DNA from: an uncultured Nannocystaceae bacterium
GTDB taxonomy: Bacteria; Myxococcota_A; Polyangia; Nannocystales; Nannocystaceae
DNA: 64,000 nucleotides
Assembly: GCA_964519175.1 (NCBI GenBank)
Contig: CAZFKC010000020.1
Location: 31,963-95,962, forward strand
Direction: 5' to 3'
A model generated the notes under the pieces. The model made no database searches, had not been told where the DNA came from, and saw nothing but the letters and a program-made list of their open reading frames with translations. Within the stretch, counting starts at the first letter, position 1. The number at the start of each line of letters is the position of its first letter. Positions 49,305 through 58,428 of this stretch are shown in pieces. Made by a program: the position numbers and the translations under genes.

Positions 49305-49379
49305 GCGGGCAAAGGAGTCGCACGGCCGCGCCCGCACGCGCAACCCCTGCAGGACGTGGGCTAGGGCCAACGACGGCCG

Positions 49380-49658
49380 CTACGCCGCATCGCCGGGGCA
49401 CACGCCGGTGCCCGCGAGGATCGTCAGCTCGCGCTTGAGCGCGAAGGCGCGATCGACGTCGTTCAAGCTCGCGAGCTGGATCGCGAGCGGCTGGATGAGC
49501 TCGCCCAGCTCGTTCCACTCCAGCCGCTCGGGATCGAGCCCGACGCGCCGGCACGCCGACACGACGAACGCCCACGGGAACGCGGTGAACCGCTCGAGCA
49601 CGCGCAAGAGCACCTGCGTCGTCGGCGACAAGACGGCCGGTGGGATCCAGCTCGACAC
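49380..49658 (-). CDS. small hypothetical protein, about 92 aa
   Basis: This is the protein-like tail of the read-through ORF 49380..53036 (VSSWIPPAVLSPTTQVLLRVLERFTAFPWAF...ALKRELTILAGTG). GTG starts at 49658 or 49667. It lies 86 nt downstream of the kinase gene. Confidence 0.4.
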   Translation of the reverse strand: MSSWIPPAVLSPTTQVLLRVLERFTAFPWAFVVSACRRVGLDPERLEWNELGELIQPLAIQLASLNDVDRAFALKRELTILAGTGVCPGDAA

Positions 49659-49744
49659 CCACCGCACGCTTCGTCCGGATCGACGCCGCAATGCAGCCGG
49701 ATCCCGAACCGATTCGGGCCGGCGCCGCGCCGCGCTCGCGCGCG

Positions 49745-50920
49745 TCACTCGTACATGATGCGCGACGTGAACGCGATCGCGGCGAGCATCGACTTCAACG
49801 ACTCGTGGCGGTCGTTCGGATCGACCGCGAGCCCACGCACCACGATGCTGTGCAGCCAGCCCGGGATCCGCGTGCGCGCCGGCAGCGGCCGCCGACGCCC
49901 GGCGATGACGTTCGCGGCGATCTCCCGCGCGGTCTGGCCCTCGAACGGACGCTCGCCGTAGAGCCCTTCGTAGAGCGCGACGCAGAACGCGAACTGATCG
50001 GTGCGCGCGTCGGCGCCCGCACCCGTGAACAGCTCGGGGGCCATGTACGCCGGCGTGCCGACGAACAGTCCCGTCGCGGTCGCCCGCGCTTCGCCGGTCA
50101 CCGCATGCGAGCCGTCGAACGTCGCGGCGATGGGCCCGTCGAGCTGCGACACGCTCGCCCCGACGAGCGACGAGCTGCTGGTGATCTCGAGTCGGTCGCG
50201 CGAGGCCTCCCACACGCCCGAGATCGAGCCCTGGAACGTGCCCGAGATCGACGGCGCCAGCGAGTCGATCGCGCCGGGCGGCGCGAACACGCCGGACGAC
50301 GCCGCGTCCCAGCCCGGGCCGTCGCCCACGGTGGTCTGCGCATCGTCGGGATCGCCACGGCGGCCCGATGCGGTCGACAGCGTCTCGGTGTCGGGCACGT
50401 GCACCGCGGCCGCGGGCACGGTGCCGTAGTGCGCGAGCCCGAAGTCGACGACGCGCGGCCGTTGATCGTTGCCGATGAGCACGTTCGCGGGCTTGAAGTC
50501 GCGGTGCAACAGGCCGACGCCGTGCGCCGAGGCCAGCCCGCGCCCGGCCTGGAAGAACATCGCCAGCACTTCCTTCCAGGGGCGTGCGGTCGAGCGGGCC
50601 CACGCGAGCAGCGACGGACCGTCGACCAGCTCCATCGCGAGGTAGACGCGGCCGTCGTGCGTGCCGACGTCGAAGATCGTCACGACGTTCGGGTGCGCGA
50701 GCTTGGCCGCCGTCTGCGCCTCGAGCTCGAGCCGCTGGCCGGCGGCCTCCAGGTGCTCGGGCTTGAAGCGGTCGCGGCGCAGCAGCTTCACCGCGACCTC
50801 GCGCTGCAGCGCCGGATCGAACGCCGCGAACACGATGCCCATGCCGCCCGTCCCGAGCTGCCGGCGTACCTCGAAGCGGCCGATCCGCGGGGGCACGTCG
50901 TGGGGCTGGGAGGCGCTCAC
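49745..50920 (-). CDS. stand-alone Ser/Thr protein kinase with a very long activation segment, 391 aa
   Basis: GTGGMGIVFAA, VAVKLL, HRDFKPAN, DFG...(127 aa)...TPAYMAPE. GTG 50920 is preferred over ATG 51025, which would overlap the divergent selB. Confidence 0.85.
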   Translation of the reverse strand: MSASQPHDVPPRIGRFEVRRQLGTGGMGIVFAAFDPALQREVAVKLLRRDRFKPEHLEAAGQRLELEAQTAAKLAHPNVVTIFDVGTHDGRVYLAMELVDGPSLLAWARSTARPWKEVLAMFFQAGRGLASAHGVGLLHRDFKPANVLIGNDQRPRVVDFGLAHYGTVPAAAVHVPDTETLSTASGRRGDPDDAQTTVGDGPGWDAASSGVFAPPGAIDSLAPSISGTFQGSISGVWEASRDRLEITSSSSLVGASVSQLDGPIAATFDGSHAVTGEARATATGLFVGTPAYMAPELFTGAGADARTDQFAFCVALYEGLYGERPFEGQTAREIAANVIAGRRRPLPARTRIPGWLHSIVVRGLAVDPNDRHESLKSMLAAIAFTSRIMYE

Positions 50921-50978
50921 GTCGGCCGGATGGTAGCACTGCGGGCGCGGGCCGGCGAGGTGGGTATGCTCGCGGCCG

Positions 50979-52976
50979 GTGAGCAAGGCGCCCCACTCGC
51001 TCGTGCTCGGCACAGCCGGCCACATCGATCACGGCAAGACCACGCTCGTCGCCGCGCTCACCGGAATCGACACCGATCGTCTGCCGGAGGAGAAGCGACG
51101 CGGGATCACGATCGAGCTCGGGTTTGCGCCCTGGCGCATCTCGCCCGAGCTCGAAGCCAGCATCGTCGACGTCCCGGGCCACGAGGGCTTCGTGCGCACG
51201 ATGGTCGCGGGCGCCGGCGGCATCGATGCGGTGATGCTGGTCGTGTCCGCCGAGGACGGCGTGATGCCGCAGACCCGCGAGCACGTGAACGTGTGCCGGT
51301 TGCTCGGCGTCGCGGGTGGCGTCGTCGCGCTCACCAAGGTCGATCGCCTCGGCGACGACCCCGACGCGATCGAGCTCGCCGCCGACGACGTGCAGGCCGC
51401 GCTCGCCGACACTCCCTTCGCGGGCGCGCCGATCGTGCCGTGCAGCGCGGTCACGGGCGCGGGCCTCGATGCGCTGCGCGACGCGGTGCGCACGCTCGCC
51501 GCCGCGCTGCCGCGCCGCGACGCGAGCGGCCCGGTGATCCTCCCGCTCGATCGCGTGTTCACGATCAAGGGCCACGGCACCGTCGTCACCGGCACGCTGC
51601 TCTCGGGCTCGATCGATCTGCGGGCCGACGAGGAGCTGGTGCTCGTGCCCGGCGGGGAAGGTCGCGAGCCCCGACCCGTGCGAGCCCGCGCCGCGCAGGT
51701 GCGGCTCGAGGGTCGCGAGCGCATCGGGGCCGGCAACCGCGTCGCGCTCAACCTCGCGATCGAGGCCAGTGCAGTGGAGCGCGGCGACGTCGTCGCGCGC
51801 GGCAGCATGGTCGCGCGCCAGTCGATCGTGCATGCGCGCGTGCATCACCTCGCGGGGCACGACGCACCGTGGCGCGCCGGCACGACCGTGCAGGTGTGTG
51901 CCGGCACTGCCCACGGCATCGGCGTGCTCGATCCGTTGTGGGTCGTGCCCAAGGACGGCGAGCCCGACGACGGCGTCGCGCCGGGTCGCGATGCGCTGGT
52001 GCGGATTCGCTTGCAGACCCCGCTGCCGTGCTGGCGCGGTCAACGAATCGTGCTGCGTGCGTTCGACGAGCCGGACGTCCGTACCGGCCGCACCGTGGGC
52101 GGCGGTGTCATCGTCGATCCCGAGCCGTCGACGGGCCGCTCGCAACGACCGCGCTGGATCGCGCTCGGCCGCGCGCTCGAGCAGGCCGATCCACTCGCGC
52201 GCCTGTCCGCGTTGCTCGACGACGCGGGCGCGGAGGGCATCGCATCCGACGTGCTCGCGCGCCGGGCCGGCGTCCATGATCCGGCCCAGGCGCTGGCGCG
52301 CCGCACCGCGAAGGGCGGCGACGTCGTGGCGCTGCCCGGCGGTCGCTTCGTGCTCGAGCCGCTCCTGCGTCCGATCGGCGAGGCCGCGATCGCGATCGTC
52401 GATCGCTTCCACGCCGCGAACCCGCTGCAGGCCGGGATGCCGCGGCCCGTGCTCGAGGCGAAGCTCGACGATCCCCGCCGCGCCCGCGTGGCAGCCGACA
52501 TCGCCTCCGCGGCGATCGAGCGCGCCATCGAGCGTCGCGTGCTCCGGGCCGTCGACGAGCAGGGCACGATCGCGCGCCCCGGCAAGGGCATGCAGGCCGG
52601 CGGCGAGCCGAGCGGCCACATGAAGGCGGTGCTCGAGCGCTACCAGCAGGGGGGCATCACGCCGCCGACCCTGCGCGAGATCGGCGACGGCACCGGGCTG
52701 CCACCGGCCGACGTGCTCGAGATCGTCGGCGCGCTGCAGCGCGTGGGCCGACTGGTCAAGATCACCGACGAGCTCTCGCTCGCGCGCGACGTCCACGACG
52801 AGCTCGTCGCGCGGATCCGCAAGCACCTCGCAGAGGCGGGCACGATCGACGTGCAGGCACTCAAACAGCTCACCGGGCTCACGCGGAAATTCGCGGTGCC
52901 CTTGCTCGAGCACATGGACGGGCTGCAGGTCACGCTGCGACGCGGCGATACGCGGATTCCCGGGCCGAAGGCCTAG
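50979..52976 (+). CDS. selB: selenocysteine-specific elongation factor SelB, 665 aa
   Basis: GTG start. G-domain [19 protein letters not shown] and TKVD. EF-Tu-like domains II/III, then a long C-terminal winged-helix region typical of bacterial SelB. Confidence 0.9.
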   Translation: MSKAPHSLVLGTAGHIDHGKTTLVAALTGIDTDRLPEEKRRGITIELGFAPWRISPELEASIVDVPGHEGFVRTMVAGAGGIDAVMLVVSAEDGVMPQTREHVNVCRLLGVAGGVVALTKVDRLGDDPDAIELAADDVQAALADTPFAGAPIVPCSAVTGAGLDALRDAVRTLAAALPRRDASGPVILPLDRVFTIKGHGTVVTGTLLSGSIDLRADEELVLVPGGEGREPRPVRARAAQVRLEGRERIGAGNRVALNLAIEASAVERGDVVARGSMVARQSIVHARVHHLAGHDAPWRAGTTVQVCAGTAHGIGVLDPLWVVPKDGEPDDGVAPGRDALVRIRLQTPLPCWRGQRIVLRAFDEPDVRTGRTVGGGVIVDPEPSTGRSQRPRWIALGRALEQADPLARLSALLDDAGAEGIASDVLARRAGVHDPAQALARRTAKGGDVVALPGGRFVLEPLLRPIGEAAIAIVDRFHAANPLQAGMPRPVLEAKLDDPRRARVAADIASAAIERAIERRVLRAVDEQGTIARPGKGMQAGGEPSGHMKAVLERYQQGGITPPTLREIGDGTGLPPADVLEIVGALQRVGRLVKITDELSLARDVHDELVARIRKHLAEAGTIDVQALKQLTGLTRKFAVPLLEHMDGLQVTLRRGDTRIPGPKA

Positions 52977-53083
52977 GCGACTGCCCACGCCGCGCGCTGC
53001 CGGGCGCGAGACGTCGCCGCTCGTGCGGCGCCGCACGGGAACCTCGTCGGTGCGCGGGCAACACTGGACGCGCGGTGACAGCC

Positions 53084-54763
53084 ATGGCGAAGCGACGAAC
53101 CCTCCCCACCACTCTCGCGGACAGGCTCGCCGCCGGGCTCACCGCCGGCCTCGCCGCAGCAGCCGCCGCGTGTGGTGACGACGGCACGAATCCGTTCGAC
53201 ACGCACAGCGGCACGGCGGCCGAGACCAGCAGCGGCGGTGGCAGCAGCACGGCGCCGGCCGAGACCACCGCGCCGGCCGACACCAGCAGCTCGAGCTCCG
53301 ACGAGAGCGGCCATACGCCGGTGCTCGACGTCGGTGCGTGGGACGTCGGCGGGGGCAGCTACATGTGCACGCAGCCGTCGCCGGCGGACGTCGATCCGGA
53401 CAGCGTGCAGCCCTGCAACACGCAGGCGCCCCCCGACTCGTTCGACGCGGACGTGCAGTGGAGCTGGGGCACCGGAGAGTCGTACCATACGCCGCTCGTC
53501 ATCAACCTCACCGACGACAACGGCAACGGCGAGCTCGACGTCTGCGACACCCCGGACGTCATCGTGCTGGTCGGCACCGCGGCGGGCACGCTCACCGTGC
53601 TCGACGGCGAGACCGGGATGGAGCACTTCACGCTCGATGCGAACCTCAACCCGAACGTGACGCCGGCGGTCGGCGACATCGACGACGACGGGCTGCCCGA
53701 GATCGTCGCGGCGGTCGGCATCTTCGGCGGCACGCTGGTCGCGTTCGAGCACGACGGCACGCCGAAGTGGACCGGCGGCGCGTTCGCGGCCCAGGTCGGC
53801 AGCGCGATCGGCATCGGCAACTTCGACAACGAGGGGCCCGCCGAGGTCTACGTCGGGGGGATCGTCGCGCGCGGCGACACGGGCGAGACGATCTTCGCGG
53901 CGCCGCCGCAGGGTCTGCTCGCCGATCAGCTCACCGCGCCGGTCGCCGCGGATCTCGACGGCGACGACGACCTCGAGCTCGTGCGCGGCAAGGATGCCTA
54001 TCACCACGACGGCACCGTGTACTACGACGCTGCGCCCGATCAGGCCGGGGGCTTCCCGCAGATCGGCAACCTCGACGAGGACGACGATCCCGAGATCCTC
54101 ATCATCTCCGGCGACGGCATCAGCGTGCTCGAGCACGACGGCACCGTGAAGTACGCCGACATGCGGCCGTCGGGCGATCCTGCCGGGTTCTCGTGGTTCC
54201 GCCCGGCCACGATCCACGACTTCGACGGCGACGGCGATGCCGAGTACGCGGTGAGCTCGGCGTCGCACTACGCGGCGTACTACGCGGACGCGAGCGTGAT
54301 GTGGATCGCCGACGTGCAGGACCCGAGCGGCATCGCCGGCGGCACCGCGTTCGACTTCCTCGGCGACGGCACGGCCGAGGCGATGTTCGCCGACGAGTAC
54401 CACCTGTTCGCGTTCGACATCGACGGTGCGCCGCTGATGGAGGCCGATCGCAGCTCGGGCACGCTCATCGAGTACCCCTCGGTCGCCGACGTCGACAACG
54501 ACGGTGCCGCCGAGGTGCTGGTGGTCTCGAACCGCAACTTCGAGGGTCAGCAGCTCACGCCGACCTTGCAGGTGATCCGCGACTCGCAGGACCGGTGGAT
54601 CCAGGCGCGACGGATCTGGAATCAGCACACCTATCACGTGACCAACGTGAACGAGGACGGCACGATCCCCGACGTCGAGCCGAAGTCGTGGAAGCTGCAG
54701 AACACCTACCGTGTGAACGCGCAGATCGAGGGTGGCTCGGTCTGTGTGCCCCCGGCGGGCTGA
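53084..54763 (+). CDS. FG-GAP/VCBS-repeat (integrin-alpha-like beta-propeller) lipoprotein, 559 aa
   Basis: Lipobox AAAAAC and a Ser/Thr linker. Repeated Ca-binding-type loops GDIDDDGLPEIV, ADLDGDDDLELV, GNLDEDDDPEILI, HDFDGDGDAEYAV and ADVDNDGAAEVLV. Confidence 0.8.
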   Translation: MAKRRTLPTTLADRLAAGLTAGLAAAAAACGDDGTNPFDTHSGTAAETSSGGGSSTAPAETTAPADTSSSSSDESGHTPVLDVGAWDVGGGSYMCTQPSPADVDPDSVQPCNTQAPPDSFDADVQWSWGTGESYHTPLVINLTDDNGNGELDVCDTPDVIVLVGTAAGTLTVLDGETGMEHFTLDANLNPNVTPAVGDIDDDGLPEIVAAVGIFGGTLVAFEHDGTPKWTGGAFAAQVGSAIGIGNFDNEGPAEVYVGGIVARGDTGETIFAAPPQGLLADQLTAPVAADLDGDDDLELVRGKDAYHHDGTVYYDAAPDQAGGFPQIGNLDEDDDPEILIISGDGISVLEHDGTVKYADMRPSGDPAGFSWFRPATIHDFDGDGDAEYAVSSASHYAAYYADASVMWIADVQDPSGIAGGTAFDFLGDGTAEAMFADEYHLFAFDIDGAPLMEADRSSGTLIEYPSVADVDNDGAAEVLVVSNRNFEGQQLTPTLQVIRDSQDRWIQARRIWNQHTYHVTNVNEDGTIPDVEPKSWKLQNTYRVNAQIEGGSVCVPPAG

Positions 54764-54770
54764 CGCGGGC

Positions 54771-55292
54771 TCATTCCCAGACGCAGCGGACGACGTTGCC
54801 GAACAGCTCGACGCACGCCATGCCGTCGGGACACGTCTGTCCGTCGGAGCAGTCGAGCGCGCAGGAGTGACCCGACGGCCCGGCGCAGACCACCTCCGCG
54901 TCACCGGTCGCCGGCACCTCGCAGTCGTCGGGCTGGTCGCAATCGTGCGCGCACCACGAGGCGCCGTCGGCGACGTCGATGCACTCGTCCCACCCCGGCG
55001 GGCAGTCCTCGTCGCCGTTGGGACACGGCGCGTACGGAAGGTCGCTCGAGCTCTCGGCGCTGCTGCCGTCGCCGGTCGACGAGGAGGAGGACGAGCCATC
55101 GGTCGTCGTCGCAGTCGTCGTGGTGGACGCGGTCGTCGTCGTCGTCGTCGTCGTGCTCGTGGAGGTCGTCGTGGTCGTGCCGCCCTCCGAGGTCACGCCC
55201 GACTCGGACGACCCCCCGACCCCAGGCATGAACGCGGGGTTCCGCTCGCGACACCCGAGCGCCAGCACGCAACAGAGCACGATCCCCCGCAC
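54771..55292 (-). CDS. lipoprotein with a poly-Thr/Ser linker and a Cys-rich C-domain, 173 aa
   Basis: GTG 55292 (VRGIVLCCVLALGC lipobox), TTTTTSTSTTTTTTTTASTTTTATTT, then a domain with about 12 Cys (CPNGDEDCPPGWDEC...CALDCSDGQTCPDGMAC). Confidence 0.6.
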   Translation of the reverse strand: MRGIVLCCVLALGCRERNPAFMPGVGGSSESGVTSEGGTTTTTSTSTTTTTTTTASTTTTATTTDGSSSSSSTGDGSSAESSSDLPYAPCPNGDEDCPPGWDECIDVADGASWCAHDCDQPDDCEVPATGDAEVVCAGPSGHSCALDCSDGQTCPDGMACVELFGNVVRCVWE

Positions 55293-55454
55293 GCCGACCG
55301 ATGGTAGCACCGCGCCGCGCGCCGCTGCTGCCCGAGCGCATCGCGCCCCACCGAAGCTGCAGCGACAGAGCCGACGACCCAGCGCAACGCGCCGAGTCCC
55401 CACCGTGAGCCAGGCGACAGAGCGTCCGAGCGCACGGCGTGCAATACTCCGCGC

Positions 55455-55961
55455 ATGTCGGTGCGCCTCGCTCGGCTCGCACAGCTCCTCGCGTTTCCGC
55501 TCGCGACCTGGGGCTGCACGGCCGATCCCGCAGACGCGGATGCCGGCGACGAGCACGACCACGAGCACGAGCACGACGCCGAGGTCGGCTGCGCCGCGGA
55601 GACCCGCGACGACGAGTACCGCCTCGGCATGGAGAAGGTCGGCACGGCACTGACGGTGCGCTTCGTCGACGCGCTGCCGGCCCCGCCCGATCGCGGCGAC
55701 AACAGCTGGACGATCGAGGTGCTCGACGCCGCGACCGGCACGCCGAGGGGCGACGTGGCGCTCGTGGTCGAGCCGTTCATGGTCGATCACAACCACGGCA
55801 CGCCGATCGAGTGCACCGTCACTCCCCTCGACGCGCCGGGTCAGCTGAAGCTCGAGCCGATCAACCTGTGGATGCCCGGGCTCTGGGAAGTGCGCCTGCA
55901 CTTCACGCTGCCCGACGACACGCCGGAGCAGATCAACTTCAGCTTCTGCGTCGATCCGTGA
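55455..55961 (+). CDS. His-rich lipoprotein with a YtkA/FixH-like Ig-fold look, 168 aa
   Basis: Lipobox LATWGC, immediately followed by DEHDHEHEHD. Then TIEVLDAATGTPRGDVALVVEPFMVDHNHG...LWMPGLWEVRLHF. Confidence 0.6.
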   Translation: MSVRLARLAQLLAFPLATWGCTADPADADAGDEHDHEHEHDAEVGCAAETRDDEYRLGMEKVGTALTVRFVDALPAPPDRGDNSWTIEVLDAATGTPRGDVALVVEPFMVDHNHGTPIECTVTPLDAPGQLKLEPINLWMPGLWEVRLHFTLPDDTPEQINFSFCVDP

Positions 55962-55979
55962 TCCGTCAGGGATCGACGC
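55948..55979. terminator. stem-loop built from the 3' coding ends of two convergent genes
   Basis: GCGTCGATCC-(12 nt loop containing both stop codons)-GGATCGACGC. Both proteins therefore end in ...VDP. Confidence 0.55.
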
Positions 55980-57243
55980 GACACGCGAAGGGCTGCGTGA
56001 TGTCGTCGGCCGACACGCCCGTGCCGGTCAGGAAGATCCCGCCGTCGCCGATGGCGACGTCGTCGATCGAGTAGCCGTGCGAAGGGTGCGTGCCGAGCTC
56101 CGGGAACGGCACGACGTGATGGAGCTGGCCCTCGGCGTCGAAGCTGCGCAGCTCGAGCGCCTGATCGCCCTGCGTCTCGGCTGCGACGATCACCAGCAGG
56201 CGCTCGTCGAACGCGATGACGCGCTTCGGATCGATCGCGATCGTCGGGGGCGCGCTCGGTCCGTCCGTACCGACGCCCAGCATGGACAGCTCGCCGTCGA
56301 AGCGCGACAGCGAGAGGCCGCTGCCTTCGCCCCGCAGCACCGCCCAGCCGCCCTGCCACGGCACCGCAGGGTGGACGATCGGGGTCTCGTACCCGAGCAG
56401 GTGCTGCGCCAGCGGCTCGTCCGTGGCGGAGAACCAGTCGAGCTGCTGCATGCGGTCGATGCCCCCGTCGGCGCGATACTCGGACCACACCGCGGTCTCG
56501 TGCGCGCCGCCGATCGCCGCGACGCGCACTTGGTACACGGTCTCGGCGACCGCCCACGACCGCTGCCACTCCAGCTCGCCGTCGGCGGTCCACGCGGCCA
56601 GGAACAACGACCACTGGTCGTCGACGCGGTTCTGCCCCGTGACGCGCACGCGGCCGTCGTCGAGCACCGCGAGGTCGTGCGGGAGCCAGAACAGATCGGG
56701 ATCCGCGGGGTTCTCGGCCTCCCACTCGACCTCGGCCAGATCGCTGGGTCGCAGCTGCAGCCGATAGCCGCCGCCGGCTTCCTCGAACAGGAGCGCGACG
56801 CCACCTTCGGGACCGATCGCGAACGTGTATCCGTTCCACGCGGCGTCCGGCACCTCGTACAGCGTGTCGGGCTGCCCGGGCCAGCCGTGCTCGAGGTCGA
56901 GCTCCTGCACGATGGGCACACCCGTCGACGCGCCGCTCAGCATGAGCAGTCGGTGCAGCGAGGCGTCCCACTCGATGCCGGCGATCGGATCCTCGATCCC
57001 GACGCACCATGCGAAGGTCGGCGCGCAGTCGGAGGTGCACTGCTCGGGTGGAACGTCGGCGGTGTCGCCCGACGTCGTGTCGGACTCGTCGGCGCCCGCG
57101 CTGACCGATACCGACGCTGCGTCGGTGCCGTCCTCCTCGCCCGCTTGCCCACCACTGCCATCGCCCGCGCTCTCGCCGATGACGAGGGGCCCGAGCGTAC
57201 ACGCGCACAATGCCAAGGGATGGATCAGGTGTCGCCGCATCAT
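55966..57243 (-). CDS. hypothetical lipoprotein (beta-propeller-like by eye), 425 aa
   Basis: Lipobox-like LALCAC. An acidic/Ser-rich linker, then Trp/Gly-rich repeated strands. Its ATG overlaps the stop codon of the upstream ECF sigma gene (ATGA at 57240-57243). Confidence 0.6.
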   Translation of the reverse strand: MMRRHLIHPLALCACTLGPLVIGESAGDGSGGQAGEEDGTDAASVSVSAGADESDTTSGDTADVPPEQCTSDCAPTFAWCVGIEDPIAGIEWDASLHRLLMLSGASTGVPIVQELDLEHGWPGQPDTLYEVPDAAWNGYTFAIGPEGGVALLFEEAGGGYRLQLRPSDLAEVEWEAENPADPDLFWLPHDLAVLDDGRVRVTGQNRVDDQWSLFLAAWTADGELEWQRSWAVAETVYQVRVAAIGGAHETAVWSEYRADGGIDRMQQLDWFSATDEPLAQHLLGYETPIVHPAVPWQGGWAVLRGEGSGLSLSRFDGELSMLGVGTDGPSAPPTIAIDPKRVIAFDERLLVIVAAETQGDQALELRSFDAEGQLHHVVPFPELGTHPSHGYSIDDVAIGDGGIFLTGTGVSADDITQPFACRVDP

Positions 57244-58364
57244 CGTCGCTCCGTGACCTCGTCATCTCCGGACGCGGTCGCGGAGATCGAGAGCGCGTCG
57301 AGGTCGCGTACGATCGCCTGGCGGAGCTCGCCGAGCTCACCGAGCTCGCCGAAGCGCTGGACGTGCTCGGCGAGCCGGCGCCGCGCGAGCGCGAGGTCGC
57401 CGGCCACCGTTGCAGTGCGCGCCGCGTCGAGCAACGCGAGCTCTTCGGCGAGCCGATCCGCATGCTGGCGCGTCCTCGTCGCGCGGCTCGACGCAATCGC
57501 GGGGCCCGGCTCGACCCGCGCCGGTGCAGCGACCACGGCCGGCGGGCTCGCGGGGACGACCGCGGGCGCCAGTGCGGATGTCACGGGTGCCGGCGCGCTC
57601 GACTCGCGAACGCGCGGTTGCTCGGAGTGGGCGGACGCGACGGCGGTGGCGACGACCACGATCGCCGCGCCGGCGATCGCGAGCTTCGTCGCAACGCCCG
57701 CGATCGCCGTGCGCAACGCCGCCGCCATGCGGCCCAGCAGCGAAGCCGGAGCCGCCGGGCAGAGCGCCGGTGCGATCGCGATCCAGGCGTGCTCGCGTTG
57801 CTGCTGCGTGGGCGTCTCGGCCCGCTCCGCGCGCGCGAGCATGCTTGCGCATGCCTCGTCGTCCAGCGCGGCGAAGTGCGCGAAGAAGCGGCGTCGCGCC
57901 GACTGCAGCCGCGAGTAGGCGGTGTTGGGGTTGATGCCGAGCACACCGCCGAGCTCGATGCGGCCGAGCTCCTCGAGCTCGCCGAGCACGAACGCCTCGC
58001 GACGCTCGCGGTCGAGCTGCGCGAGGAACTCGTCGAGCATGCGCCCGGCCTCGGCGCGTGCGAGCATCTCGTCGGGCGTCGCCACCGGCACGTCGGACCC
58101 GCCGAGCGCTGCGTGTCGTCGCGCCCGACGCCTCTCGGTACGGTGGAAGCGCCAGGCGATGCGTCGCACGATGCCGAACAGCCACGCGTGCCTCGGCACC
58201 GCGCCGTCGAACGCGTACCAGCGCCGATGCGCCGCGACGAACACTTCCTGCGTCGCGTCTTCGCAGTCCTCCACCGCCACGCCGAGCCGACGCAGCCCAC
58301 GCCATGCCACCGCGAAGTGCTCGCGATAGAAGCGCTCGAACGCGGGGGGCGCGATGCGATCCAT
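57240..58364 (-). CDS. ECF sigma-70 factor fused to an anti-sigma-like transmembrane C-terminal extension, 374 aa
   Basis: Start at ATG 58364 (MDRIAPPAFERFYREHF). Region 2 DATQEVFVAAHRRW, region 4 LGGVLGINPNTAYSRLQSARRRF. There is no stop codon before a TM helix (AIAGVATKLAIAGAAIVVVATAVASA), a Pro/Ala linker and a helical domain. Confidence 0.8.
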   Translation of the reverse strand: MDRIAPPAFERFYREHFAVAWRGLRRLGVAVEDCEDATQEVFVAAHRRWYAFDGAVPRHAWLFGIVRRIAWRFHRTERRRARRHAALGGSDVPVATPDEMLARAEAGRMLDEFLAQLDRERREAFVLGELEELGRIELGGVLGINPNTAYSRLQSARRRFFAHFAALDDEACASMLARAERAETPTQQQREHAWIAIAPALCPAAPASLLGRMAAALRTAIAGVATKLAIAGAAIVVVATAVASAHSEQPRVRESSAPAPVTSALAPAVVPASPPAVVAAPARVEPGPAIASSRATRTRQHADRLAEELALLDAARTATVAGDLALARRRLAEHVQRFGELGELGELRQAIVRDLDALSISATASGDDEVTERR

Positions 58365-58428
58365 GGCCGTCGCCCCATCATCTCCGGCTCGCCGCCGGTT
58401 GATCACGCCGCGGGACGCTTTGCCGAAT

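Noticed and set aside
52977-53083. A search for tRNA-Sec (selC) next to selB and in the other intergenic gaps (13510-13976, 25390-25764, 60267-60488).
   Set aside because: None of these regions has a UCA anticodon loop (CTTCAAA) with a matching T-arm (GGTTCGA.TCC) or acceptor pairing.
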